From Spirochaetia bacterium (GTDB lineage: Bacteria > Spirochaetota > Spirochaetia > SZUA-6 > Bin103), in contig OZ253572.1 in NCBI GenBank assembly GCA_965262935.1, positions 6,846,445 through 6,910,444 on the forward strand: DNA of 64,000 nucleotides, written 5' to 3'. Numbering within the stretch: position 1 is the stretch's first letter; every line of letters starts with the position of its first letter. A model generated the notes under the pieces. The model saw only the letters and a list, made by a program, of their open reading frames with translations, ran no database searches and had not been told where the DNA came from. Below are positions 1 to 9,783 of the stretch, one piece after another. Position numbers and translations under genes: made by a program.

Positions 1-1188
1 CGTCGCGCATGCCGACCACGTCGATCTGCGTCGCGGGGCTCCAGTATTCGCCTACCTCGAAGCCGGCGGTGACTCCCTCCTGCGCGTAGATGAGCGGCAG
101 CGCCTCGCGACACAGCCGTTCGAAACAGTGCCCGAACCAGGCGTCGAGCGCCGGCGCGATGCGTGCGGAAAAAGCGCGCGCCGCGCCGCTGCCGCGGATC
201 ATGCTCACGTTCGGGAACACGAATCGGAACCAGAACCGCAGCAAGGGATCGTCCAACTCGAAGCGCACCTGCCGCGCGTTGGGCCGCCGGCCCTGCAGCG
301 GATACCGCCGTCGCAGGTAGCCCAGGTTCACGAGCTGCTGGAGATAGTAGTGCAGGCTGCGCTCCGGCAACCCGGTGGTGGCGGCAATTGCGGGCGCGGC
401 GCCGTGACCGGTCGCCAGGGCATGCAGAATCGCCTGATACGGCGCGATCTCGCGCAGCTCCTCGCGCAACAGAAAGGTGGGTTCATGAAACAGGGGCGCG
501 AATTCGGCGAGCAGATGGTCGCGGATATTGCTGTCGATGGAGCGGCTGTCGTCGAGGCAGAGCAGGTACTGCGGCAGACCGCCGACCAGAAAGTACGCCT
601 TGGTCTGATCCACCAGTGACCAGCGGGGATGGAACCGGGCTGCGTCCCGGTAGTCGAACGGCTGCAGATGGATCTGTGCCGTGCGCCGGCCGAACAGCGG
701 GCTCTTGTTGCCCAGCACGTCGCGCTCCATGAACCCGAGGTACGACCCGCACAACAGCAGCACCACGTTGCCGGCATCGCGCCACCACCGGTCCCAGCAC
801 TGCTGCAACTCCGACAGCAGGCCCGGTTCGGAGGCGGCGATCCACTGAAACTCGTCCAACGCGAGGACCAGTTTCGTTCCCGGGTTGGTGGCGGTCCACT
901 GCTCCACCACCGTACGCAGCGCCGGTCCCCAGCCGGCGGAACGCAGCTCTGCAAGCAGCGGCATGGCCAGGGCGCCGGCGGCCTCGGCCAGAAACTCGCG
1001 CACCTGCAGACCCGCCGACGATTGCTGCCCCAGATAGTAGACGCCGGGCTTGCCGGCCATGAATTTCAGGATCAGTTCGCTCTTGCCCACCCGGCGGCGG
1101 CCGTAGATCGGAATGAACTCCGAACGGGGCGACCGGTATGCGCCCTGCAACAGCCTCAGCTCCGTACCGCGGCCGACGAACTTCGTCA
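1..1188 (-). CDS. AAA+ ATPase of the DUF4143 / archaeal-ATPase family; C-terminal part runs off the window start
   Basis: Reverse-complement translation from a GTG at 1188..1186 reads VTKFVGRGTELRLLQGAYRSPRSEFIPIYGRRRVGKSELILKFMAGKPGVYYLGQQS, i.e. the FxGRxxEL ... YGRRRVGKS Walker A signature of this family. It is absent from the ORF track because no stop lies within the window. The + strand ORFs here are high-GC shadows. Confidence 0.7.
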
Positions 1189-1284
1189 CAGCGCTACTGT
1201 GCCCGCGCCTCCGAGGTTCGTCAAGTCGTGTTACGACAAGTCTTGCCTTGACAAGTTACGACTCGCAAAAGCGCGGACGGATGC

Positions 1285-2304
1285 TCAGCCGCCGCCGTAT
1301 TCGTCGGGGGTGATGGTGAGCCCGAGCACACGGGCGCGGCGCAGCACGGTGAGCGGCGTCGGCCGCCCCACCGCCTGGTCGTCGAGCAGCTTGTCGAGCT
1401 GGTCGATGGCAGAGATCGGCTGGTCGCCGAAGGCGATGATCACGTCGCCGCGCAGCAGCCCGGCGCGGCCGGCCGGCCCGCGGCCCTCGACCGATTCCAC
1501 CATCACCCCGCCGTCCACGGGTAGCTGCAGGTGGCGCACCACCTGCCGGGAGATGGCGACGTTGTGGCCGCCGATGCCGATGTAGCTGCGCCGCACGCGG
1601 CCCTCGCGCATCAGGTACATGCTCACGTACTTGGCCGTGTTGATGGCGGTGGCGAAGCAGATGCCCTGCGCCGGTACGATGGCCGCCGTGTTGACCCCCA
1701 CCACCTCGCCGTAGGAGGTGACCAGCGGGCCGCCCGAGTTGCCCGGGTTGAGCGGCGCATCGGTCTGGATCACATCGTTCACCTGGCGCCCGGCGTCGGA
1801 GCGCAGCGTACGGCCCAGGGCGCTCACCACGCCCGCGGTCACCGTGTACTGGAACCCGTACGGGTTGCCGATGGCAATCACCAGTTGGCCGACCCGGATC
1901 GCCGAGGAATCGCCGAGCGGCGCCGCCACCAGGTCGTCGCCGGAGATGCGCACCACGGCCAGGTCGGTCTCCGGGTCGGCGCCCACCAGGCGCGCCTCGA
2001 ACTGCCGGCCGTCGGCCAGGGTAGCGGTCACCGTCGCGGCATCGGCCACCGCGTGGCTGGTGGTGAGGATGAAGCCGTCCGGCGTGAAGATGAAGCCGGA
2101 GGCGGCGCCCTCCCCGGCGCCGTCCGCGGTGTCCAGATTGACCACCGCCGGCGACACCGCGTCGACCGCTTCGATGACGGCGCGCGAGTAGGGGTCGAGG
2201 CGCGGATCGAGCGCGCCGCCCGCGCCCACGCCCGCGCTCCCCTGATCGGGCGCAGCGTAACGCGAGCCGAGCGCATTCAGGAACGGTTCCGGGCCGTAGC
2301 GCAT
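1285..2304 (-). CDS. HtrA/DegP-family trypsin-like serine protease with C-terminal PDZ domain
   Basis: The 339-aa ORF has the catalytic-triad region with GNSGGPL and a PDZ-like C-terminus (GDVIIAFGDQPISAIDQL). Confidence 0.85.
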   Translation of the reverse strand: MRYGPEPFLNALGSRYAAPDQGSAGVGAGGALDPRLDPYSRAVIEAVDAVSPAVVNLDTADGAGEGAASGFIFTPDGFILTTSHAVADAATVTATLADGRQFEARLVGADPETDLAVVRISGDDLVAAPLGDSSAIRVGQLVIAIGNPYGFQYTVTAGVVSALGRTLRSDAGRQVNDVIQTDAPLNPGNSGGPLVTSYGEVVGVNTAAIVPAQGICFATAINTAKYVSMYLMREGRVRRSYIGIGGHNVAISRQVVRHLQLPVDGGVMVESVEGRGPAGRAGLLRGDVIIAFGDQPISAIDQLDKLLDDQAVGRPTPLTVLRRARVLGLTITPDEYGGG

Positions 2305-2517
2305 AACCTTTGGTCCACATTATAGATCATCCGACTAGGTCACGCGCCGGGACAGGTATCCGTGTATCCGTCCCCTCCCGCGGGCGCCACCACATCGGTC
2401 TCTCCTCCCTGAACACCCTCAGCCACTTGACTGCCAGCGCTTCTGCGGTCAGCCTACTGCAATCCTGCGGGCCGTTAACCCCCATCTGTGGTACGCCCCC
2501 CTATGGAAGGTGGTAAC

Positions 2518-4677
2518 ATGGCTATCGATATCGTTCGCGGCACCACAAACAAACCAGCTGCCACTCAAGCACTCGAACAACGCATGTCCGAACTTGGTAA
2601 TTGCTCAGGAGAGCTGTTCATCGGCTATCCCATTATCGTTTCTCCTACTGGTTCTTATCCTATCGATGCGCTCCTCGTATCGGTAGACCCGGGAATTGTC
2701 GTGTTTGATTTAGTCGAAGGCACCGATCCCGGAGACTATCAAGACCGACAGGACGAGTTGTACAACCAACTCGAAGCCCGTCTGAAAAAGCACTCGGATT
2801 TGGTAGACCGAAGAAAGCTCCGTATTCCAATTCATCCCATTTCATTCGCACCTGCAATTACCTCTGCCGACAGTTACGATGACAAAAATTACCCACTTAC
2901 GGACGCGAATACCCTTCTTTCTCGACTACCGAAGTGCGATCCCGCCGTGAATGCGAGCGTCTATCGAGCCGCGCTTTCTGTAATTGAGAGCACCTCAACA
3001 ATCCGCAAGAACCGATCTCGTAGAGCTGTGCAGCTAGACAACTCACGGGGTGCAAAACTGAAACGTCTTGAAGACTCTATCGCTACACTCGACTCAATAC
3101 AGAACAAAGCAGTCATTGAGACCGTTGAAGGAGTTCAACGTATTCGGGGGCTCGCTGGATCGGGGAAGACGATAGTCTTGGCATTGAAGGCAGCCTATCT
3201 TCATATCCAAAATCCGAACTGGCGCATCGCGGTGACTTTCAACACTCGTTCCTTGAAGGGCTTTTTCCGACGGCTCATCACCATCTTTTGCCTCGAGCAA
3301 AATGGAGAGGAACCGGACTGGGAGAGTCTGCGCATCGTAAACGCATGGGGTGCTCCCGGGAAACCGGAACGAGATGGGATGTATTATGAGTTCTGTCGTG
3401 CTAACAACGTCACATATTTCGATTTCCGTAGCGCGCGTTCGAGATTCGGAGCGGGCGATCCATTTGCTGGTGCATGCAAATTCGCAATAAGAGAAGCTGG
3501 TGTGCCAAAGCAGATTTATGACGTGATTCTCACGGATGAAGCGCAGGACCTTTCTCCTGCATTTTTGAAACTCTGCTATGAATCGCTCCGCACGCCGAAA
3601 CGATTAATATATGCATATGACGAACTGCAGAATCTCACTGGTGGTTCGCTTCCATCGCCAGAGGCTATCTTCGGCGACGATTCGGATGGGGCTTCTCGCG
3701 TTCGATTTAAATCCGAATCTAACGGCACAATGCGAAACGACATTATTCTCGAAAAATGCTACCGCAATTCCCGGCCGGTTTTGGTTGCCGCGCATGCGCT
3801 GGGCTTTGGAATCTACCGAAAACCGGCAGCCGGGAACAAGATTGGTCTTGTCCAGATGTTTGATCATCCCCAACTCTGGGAGGAGATCGGATATACGTCC
3901 CATACGGGGAAACTCAACCCTGGCGCCGAGGTTATTCTCTCGCGGTCCGAGACAAACAGCCCTCGTTTCTTGGAGTCACACTCTCCCAAAAAAGATCTGA
4001 TTTGCTTTAAGGTCTTCGACACTAAGGAGGATCAGACCGATTGGCTAGTGCAGCAAATAAACGACAATCTCACCAAGGACGAACTCCGGCATGACGATAT
4101 CATCGTGATCAATCCTGATCCACTCTCTACCCGCACCGAGGTCGGGCCCATTAGACGACGGCTACTAGAGGCTGGGATCGAGTGCCACGTCGCCGGGGTT
4201 GACACAGATCCAGACTACTTCAACCACGCAGAAAACCAATCGATCACTTTCACTGGCATCCACCGTGCAAAGGGAAATGAGGCTGGAATGGTCTACATCA
4301 TCAATGCACAGGATTGCCACGCGTCTGCGTACAATCTCGCCCGGCTTCGAAATCGACTGTTTACAGCTATAACGAGGAGCAAGGCCTGGATTAGGGTGCT
4401 TGGGATAGGAACGAACATGCAATCTCTTATCGACGAATACGAAATTCTAAAGTCATCCGATTTCGAGCTTCGATTCAGATATCCCACCGAAGACGAACGT
4501 GAGCAACTACGAATCGTCCACAAGGACATGTCTGAAAAGGCACTCGCACATCTTCGAAAAAGAGACAGAATTCTGTCAGATCTCGTGTCCGATCTGGAAG
4601 CGGGAGACGTAAACGTGCAGGACCTAAACAAGGATCTCGTTGAGAAACTACTACAACACTTCGAGAATATCGACTAG
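2518..4677 (+). CDS. SF1 helicase-like P-loop NTPase with an N-terminal NERD/nuclease-like domain (DUF2075 / Nhi-like architecture)
   Basis: Walker A GLAGSGKT, Walker B DEAQD, motif VI-like TFTGIHRAKGNEAGMVYII. The N-terminus FIGYPII..IDALLVSVDPGIVVFDL resembles a NERD/PD-(D/E)xK fold. A GGAAGGTGG Shine-Dalgarno sits before the ATG at 2518. GC is markedly lower than the flanks. Confidence 0.7.
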   Translation: MAIDIVRGTTNKPAATQALEQRMSELGNCSGELFIGYPIIVSPTGSYPIDALLVSVDPGIVVFDLVEGTDPGDYQDRQDELYNQLEARLKKHSDLVDRRKLRIPIHPISFAPAITSADSYDDKNYPLTDANTLLSRLPKCDPAVNASVYRAALSVIESTSTIRKNRSRRAVQLDNSRGAKLKRLEDSIATLDSIQNKAVIETVEGVQRIRGLAGSGKTIVLALKAAYLHIQNPNWRIAVTFNTRSLKGFFRRLITIFCLEQNGEEPDWESLRIVNAWGAPGKPERDGMYYEFCRANNVTYFDFRSARSRFGAGDPFAGACKFAIREAGVPKQIYDVILTDEAQDLSPAFLKLCYESLRTPKRLIYAYDELQNLTGGSLPSPEAIFGDDSDGASRVRFKSESNGTMRNDIILEKCYRNSRPVLVAAHALGFGIYRKPAAGNKIGLVQMFDHPQLWEEIGYTSHTGKLNPGAEVILSRSETNSPRFLESHSPKKDLICFKVFDTKEDQTDWLVQQINDNLTKDELRHDDIIVINPDPLSTRTEVGPIRRRLLEAGIECHVAGVDTDPDYFNHAENQSITFTGIHRAKGNEAGMVYIINAQDCHASAYNLARLRNRLFTAITRSKAWIRVLGIGTNMQSLIDEYEILKSSDFELRFRYPTEDEREQLRIVHKDMSEKALAHLRKRDRILSDLVSDLEAGDVNVQDLNKDLVEKLLQHFENID

Positions 4678-4681
4678 AGCT

Positions 4682-5350
4682 ATGCCGTTGTCAAACGACA
4701 CCTATATCGAGATCAACACACTCATTTCATATCTGGTCGAGAACGGTCTCGCTGATGCACAACAATACGCGATACTAAGGGATTCTGGAACGCGCACTAA
4801 GCATGTGTCGTTTTCACAATCTGGTTTCGTCAACATTGCACTTAAGAACGTGAGCTACAGCGATATATACGAGCAACTTGCGGAGTCTCGGGCATACAAC
4901 GCGAAAATGCTTGACGGCGCGTTGATCCAATTGATGTACTCTTTCGAGGCGGAAACAGCGGCAAGCCATCGACTAGCATTTTCCCCCGCTCCGCATCTTG
5001 AGGAATTCCAGAATAATCCGGATATATATCTGGATGATGAGATCTACGCTGACGTAGTGGATCGGAATATTGTTCCGTTCCCAGTACGTTTTGACTACAA
5101 TATTCAAACTCAGGGGGTCGATACAACGGCTCACCCGATATCACACCTGACACTTGGCCAGTACCGCAACTGTCGTATTCCCGTAACCGGTCCTGTTTCC
5201 CCATTCCGGTTTATCGAGTTTATCCTGAGGAATTTCTACCATACGGCATTCTCGCGGTATGCTGACGCGCTTCCTGCCGGCGACAACAGGTTTTCCGACA
5301 CGATCCGCCCGCATGAACGTCGGATTGTTCATGTAGTTGTTCCCGCGTGA
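4682..5350 (+). CDS. hypothetical protein (222 aa), likely cotranscribed with the upstream helicase
   Basis: The ATG lies 5 bp after the helicase stop on the same strand, in the same low-GC block. No recognisable motifs. Confidence 0.45.
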   Translation: MPLSNDTYIEINTLISYLVENGLADAQQYAILRDSGTRTKHVSFSQSGFVNIALKNVSYSDIYEQLAESRAYNAKMLDGALIQLMYSFEAETAASHRLAFSPAPHLEEFQNNPDIYLDDEIYADVVDRNIVPFPVRFDYNIQTQGVDTTAHPISHLTLGQYRNCRIPVTGPVSPFRFIEFILRNFYHTAFSRYADALPAGDNRFSDTIRPHERRIVHVVVPA

Positions 5351-6646
5351 GCGTCGGATGATGGATGGCGGAACGATTCTGTTCGGATGGATCGTCCTGT
5401 ATGCGCTGCAGCAGGGCGGCGAGACGCTCCTCACCCTGCTCAACCTGCGCCACGGCGCGCGCCACCCGGCGCCGCCGGCGGAGCTGGAGGGGGTGCTCGA
5501 TGCCGCCACCGTGGCCCGCATGCACGACTATCAGGCCGCCCGCAGCCGCCTCGGCCTGGTGCGCCGCGCGCTGCTCGTCGCCGTCACCGTGGCGGTGGTC
5601 GCCGGCGGCGCCTTGGGCGTGCTCGATCAGGCGCTCGCCGGCTGGCTGCAGGCGCTCGGCATCGCCTCGCCGCTACTCGCCGGGGCCGCGTTCGTGGTCG
5701 TGCTGACGGTCGCGAGCACGCTCCTGACGCTCGCCATCCGCCTGTACGGCCAGTTCGTGATCGAAGCGAAGTTCGGCTTCAACCGCATGACCGTGGCCAC
5801 CTTCTGCCTCGATCAACTGAAGAGCCTGCTGCTCACCCTGATCCTCGGCGTGCCGCTGCTGCTCGGCCTGTTCTGGTTCATGGCCGAGAGCGGCGAACGC
5901 TGGTGGATCTGGGCGTTCTGTTTCGTGGCCGCCTTCCAACTGCTGGTGAACTACCTGTACCAGCCGGTCATCGCGCCGCTGTTCAACAAGTTCCAGCCGC
6001 TGGCCGAGGGCACGCTGAAGCACCGCCTGGTGGCGCTGGCGGAACGGCTCGAGTTCCGGGTCAAGTCGGTGCTGGTGATGGACGGCAGCCGCCGTTCGCA
6101 GCACAGCAATGCCTACTTCGCCGGATTCGGCGGCGCCAAGCGCATCGTGCTGTTCGACACGCTGCTGAAAACGCTCGACGAGCCGCAGGTAGAGGCGGTG
6201 CTGGCGCACGAGATCGGCCACGAAAAACGCCGCCACGTCCTCAAGCACGTCGCCTGAGCCTGCTCCTCACCCTGCTCGGGCTGTGGCTGATGAGCGTGCT
6301 CCTGCACCAGCCGGCGCTGTTCGCGGCGTTCGGCTTTCACGCCGCCGGCGCCGGCCAACCGAGCTCGCACGCGGCGCTGATCATTCTCTCCCTGTTGTCG
6401 GGGCCCGCCACCTTCTTCCTGCAGCCGGCCGCCAATGGCTGGATCCGACGCCACGAGTACGAGGCCGACCGCTACGCGGCGCGCGCCACCGACGGCGCCG
6501 GCGCCCTGGCCGGCGCCCTGATCACGCTGAGCCGCGACAACCTGAGCAATCCCCATCCCCACCCCTGGTACAGCGCCTACCATTACACCCACCCCACCCT
6601 GGTGGAACGGCTGCGCGCGCTGCACCGCCCCGCTACCACCCGGTGA
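5337..6646 (+). pseudogene. M48-family (Ste24/HtpX-like) zinc metallopeptidase, interrupted by a frameshift near 6250
   Basis: Frame 0 (5337..6257) gives TM helices and HEIGHEKRRHVLKHVA then a stop. Frame +1 continues as LSLLLTLLGLWLMSVLL ... EYEADRYAA ... HPHPWYSAYHYTHPTLVERL, the C-terminal third of Ste24-like peptidases. Combined length of about 436 aa is normal for the family. Confidence 0.7.
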
Positions 6647-6779
6647 GCCGGTCGGATTGCGACAGGTTCGCTCCGGCCTGATCGCGCCGCCTGCGCCGGG
6701 CGCACCTGGCCGCGCCCGGGCGCGCCCGCTATCAGGGTGGCAGCCGCCATGATGATTGTGTACAATGTTGCTCCCCCTG

Positions 6780-6853
<74 letters not shown>

Positions 6854-6981
6854 TTAGCGCGTCGCCCGTCCCCACTACCCCGAATCCGCGCGGTGTGCCG
6901 GCCCGCTCCGCGTCCGGCGCCGTCCCGGCGGATCCGGCATGCCCTGGCGGCAAGTGCACCGGCGGCGCGCGGGAGGACGAT

Positions 6982-7683
6982 ATGGCAGTGGTAACCATTT
7001 CCCGGCAGCTCGGCAGCGGCGCCCGCGCCATCGGCATCCGGGCGGCGGAACTGCTCGGCTACGACGTGGTCGACAAGGCGCTGATCACCGAGGTGGCGCG
7101 CGAGGCGCACGTCGATCCCGAAGAGGTAGCCGAGATCGACGAGGTGGAAGAACCCGGCGTGCGCGGCTTTCTGACCCGCTGGTTCACCATGGAGAGCGTG
7201 GCCAACGTACCGTCGGCGTCATCGCTGGTCGATCTGTCCTACCACGGTCCGGGCGGCATCTTCGTGCCGCCGGCCGACGCCGACATCGGCGAGGAGGTGC
7301 ACTTCCTCGACCGCCAGCAGTACCACCGGCTCGTGCAACAGACCATTCACCGGCTCGGCGAGCGCGGGCGGGTGATCATCGTGGGCCGCGGCGGCATGGT
7401 GCTGCTGCGCGACGCGCCGGACACGCTGCGCATACGCGTCGTCGCCTCGGAGGAGAGCCGTGCCGAGCGCTACGCGAGCGAAGAGGGCATCACCTTTCGC
7501 GAGGCCCTGCACCAGGTGCGCATCAGCGACCGGCGCCGGGCCGCGTTCGTGCATCGCAACTACCACGTCGACTGGGACGACGCCGCGCTCTATCACCTGG
7601 TGATCAACTCGGAGAGCACCTCCACCGCCATGGCGGCCTCCGCCATCGCCTCCGCCGTCGGCGCCATGAAGCCGGTCACCTGA
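6982..7683 (+). CDS. cytidylate kinase-like family protein (AAA_33 / Cytidylate_kin2)
   Basis: N-terminal MAVVTISRQLGSGARAIG P-loop, typical of cytidylate-kinase-like domain proteins. The 233-aa length fits. Confidence 0.7.
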   Translation: MAVVTISRQLGSGARAIGIRAAELLGYDVVDKALITEVAREAHVDPEEVAEIDEVEEPGVRGFLTRWFTMESVANVPSASSLVDLSYHGPGGIFVPPADADIGEEVHFLDRQQYHRLVQQTIHRLGERGRVIIVGRGGMVLLRDAPDTLRIRVVASEESRAERYASEEGITFREALHQVRISDRRRAAFVHRNYHVDWDDAALYHLVINSESTSTAMAASAIASAVGAMKPVT

Positions 7684-7758
7684 GCAATTCATGCAATCCC
7701 CGCGCCGCTGCCCCGGCGGCGGCTGTCGGGCTGTCGGGCTGTCGGGTAGCATGTTGAC

Positions 7759-9141
7759 ATGGTGACCTGCGAGCGCACGACGATCCTTCATCACCCACTG
7801 GAGCGCGCGTTCTCCTGGCACGAACGCCCGGCGGCGGTCGAGCGTTCCTTTCCGCCGCGGCAACGCATCGAGACCGTGGCACGCACCGGGACCATTCGCG
7901 ACGGCGACCGCATCACGTTTAGCGCTCGAGTGGGGCCGTTCACGATGCGCTGGACGGTGCAGCACGAAGGCTACCGGCCTCCCGCAGAGTTCGGAGACCG
8001 TCAAGTCGACGGACCCTATCGCTCGATGAACCACCGTCATTTCTTTCGCGCGACCGGGACGGCAAGCTGCGAAATGACCGACCGCGTCCAATGTGAGCCG
8101 GGTAGAATGTTGACACTTCTGGGCCGCAACAGGCTCCAGAGTACCGTGGAACGCAGCCTGGAGTTCCACCATGAGCGGGTGCGCCGCGACCTGGACCGCC
8201 ATGCAACTGGCCCGCCGCAACCCATTCGGGTGCTGATCTCCGGTGCCTCCGGTCTGATCGGCGGCGCGCTGACGGCGTTTCTGGACAGCGGCGGCCATGA
8301 GGTGGTGCGGCTGGTTCGACGTGCTCCGCGGTCCGCCGCGGAGATCGCCTGGGATCCGGCCGCCGGGCAGGTCGACGCGGATGCGCTGGAAGGGTTCGAT
8401 GCAGTGATCCACCTGGCCGGCGAGAACATCGGCGCCGGGCGCTGGACCGCGGCGCGCCGGCAGCGCATCCGGGACAGCCGCGTGGCGTCGACCGCGCTGC
8501 TGTGCGCTGCGCTCGCCGGACTTCGCCGGCCACCCGCGGTGCTGGTGTCGGCGTCGGCGATCGGGTACTACGGCGACGCGGCCGGCTCGGCGGACGAGGC
8601 GGCGCCGGCCGGCACCGGGTTCCTGGCCGAGGTGACGGCCGCCTGGGAGCAGGCCGCCGAGCCGGCGCGGGCAGCGGGCATCCGCGTGGCGCACGCCCGG
8701 CTGGGTCCGGTGCTGAGCCCCGCGGCGGGCATGCTGAAACGGCTGCTGCCGGTGTTCCAGGCCGGAGCCGGCGGCGTGGTCGGCAGCGGCCGGCAGGCGA
8801 TAAGCTGGATCGGGCTCGATGACGCGGTCGGCGCCCTGCATTTTCTGATCAGCAACGGGCAGGCGCACGACGCCTTCAACGTGGTAGCCCCCGAAGCGGC
8901 CACCAACCGCGAGTTCACGCACGCGCTGGCGGCCGTGCTGCGCCGGCCGGCTGTCGCGCGCGTGCCCGGCATCGCCATCCGGCTGCTGCTCGGCGAGATG
9001 GGCGACCAGCTCATCCTCAAGGGCAAGGCCGTGCTCCCGGCACGGCTCACGGAGCTGGGCTTCCGCTGGCTGGAGCCGACCCTGGACGGCGCGCTGCGCT
9101 GGGAGCTGGGCATGCCCGCGGGCGAGAGCCGTCCCGGATAG
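7759..9141 (+). CDS. SRPBCC-domain fused to TIGR01777 (YfcH-like) NAD-dependent epimerase/dehydratase family protein
   Basis: Rossmann motif ISGASGLIGGAL, DUF1731-like C-terminus (VLPARLTELGFRW), and an N-terminal ~150-aa SRPBCC-like segment. Confidence 0.75.
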   Translation: MVTCERTTILHHPLERAFSWHERPAAVERSFPPRQRIETVARTGTIRDGDRITFSARVGPFTMRWTVQHEGYRPPAEFGDRQVDGPYRSMNHRHFFRATGTASCEMTDRVQCEPGRMLTLLGRNRLQSTVERSLEFHHERVRRDLDRHATGPPQPIRVLISGASGLIGGALTAFLDSGGHEVVRLVRRAPRSAAEIAWDPAAGQVDADALEGFDAVIHLAGENIGAGRWTAARRQRIRDSRVASTALLCAALAGLRRPPAVLVSASAIGYYGDAAGSADEAAPAGTGFLAEVTAAWEQAAEPARAAGIRVAHARLGPVLSPAAGMLKRLLPVFQAGAGGVVGSGRQAISWIGLDDAVGALHFLISNGQAHDAFNVVAPEAATNREFTHALAAVLRRPAVARVPGIAIRLLLGEMGDQLILKGKAVLPARLTELGFRWLEPTLDGALRWELGMPAGESRPG

Positions 9142-9248
9142 CGCTCCGAAGTGCCGCCGGGCCTGGGGTCGGCGAACGCGGCCGCCTCTCCGTCCGGTCC
9201 GGTTGGTCCGGTTGTGACGCACCTGCTCCGGCAACTCCAGCCTGCGTC

Positions 9249-9762
9249 GTGATCGCCCTCGGTCTGTTCGGCCACCCACTCGCCGGAACCCCTTTCGGCG
9301 CGGCCCTGGAGCTGTGCATTGTCCTGGCCGCCACCGCCTGGCTGCTGTCGGTCGTCACCCGCGACTTCTCCTGGGTGGACCGGCTCTGGTCGCTCTGCCC
9401 GCCGGACCGTCGCCGACCGGCAGATGTGGGCCTTCCAGCAGGACAAGAAGCGGCGCATCGCGGCCGGCGAGCAGGGCGTCCAGTCGTTCCTCAGCACCGG
9501 GCCGCGGCGCCACTCCCGCCATCCCAACTACTTCGGCGAGATCGGCATGTGGTGGTGCTTTCTGCTGTTCGCCGTCGCGGCGTCGGGCCAGGGGCTGCAC
9601 TGGACGGGTATCGGGTGCATCCTCGTGACGCTGCAGATTGTCGGATCCATTGGCCCCACCGAGGCAATCTCCGCGGCGAAATACCCGGACTACCGCGCCT
9701 ACCAGGCGGCGACGCCGATGCTGGTGCCCTTCATTCGGTTGCGTGCGAAACGGCTTCGATGA
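9249..9762 (+). pseudogene. DUF1295 / ICMT-like membrane protein, truncated and frameshifted
   Basis: Frame A starts AWLLSVVTRDFSWVDRLWSLCP (typical DUF1295 start). Frame B carries the SRHPNYFGEIGMWWCFLLF C-terminal motif. The total span of about 171 codons is much shorter than the ~260-aa family norm. Confidence 0.55.
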
Positions 9763-9783
9763 ACCTCGCCGGCGGCTCGGCAG

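Noticed and set aside
128-1585. Long plus-strand ORFs (163, 189 and 318 aa) at the window start
   Set aside because: They lie antisense to the DUF4143 ATPase gene, whose translation gives a clear P-loop family match. Their translations are Arg/Ala/Pro-rich high-GC shadows with no motifs.
7219-9279. 686-aa minus-strand ORF
   Set aside because: It overlaps, antisense, the cytidylate-kinase-like and SRPBCC-epimerase genes, both of which have clear family signatures. Its composition is typical of GC-rich shadow ORFs.
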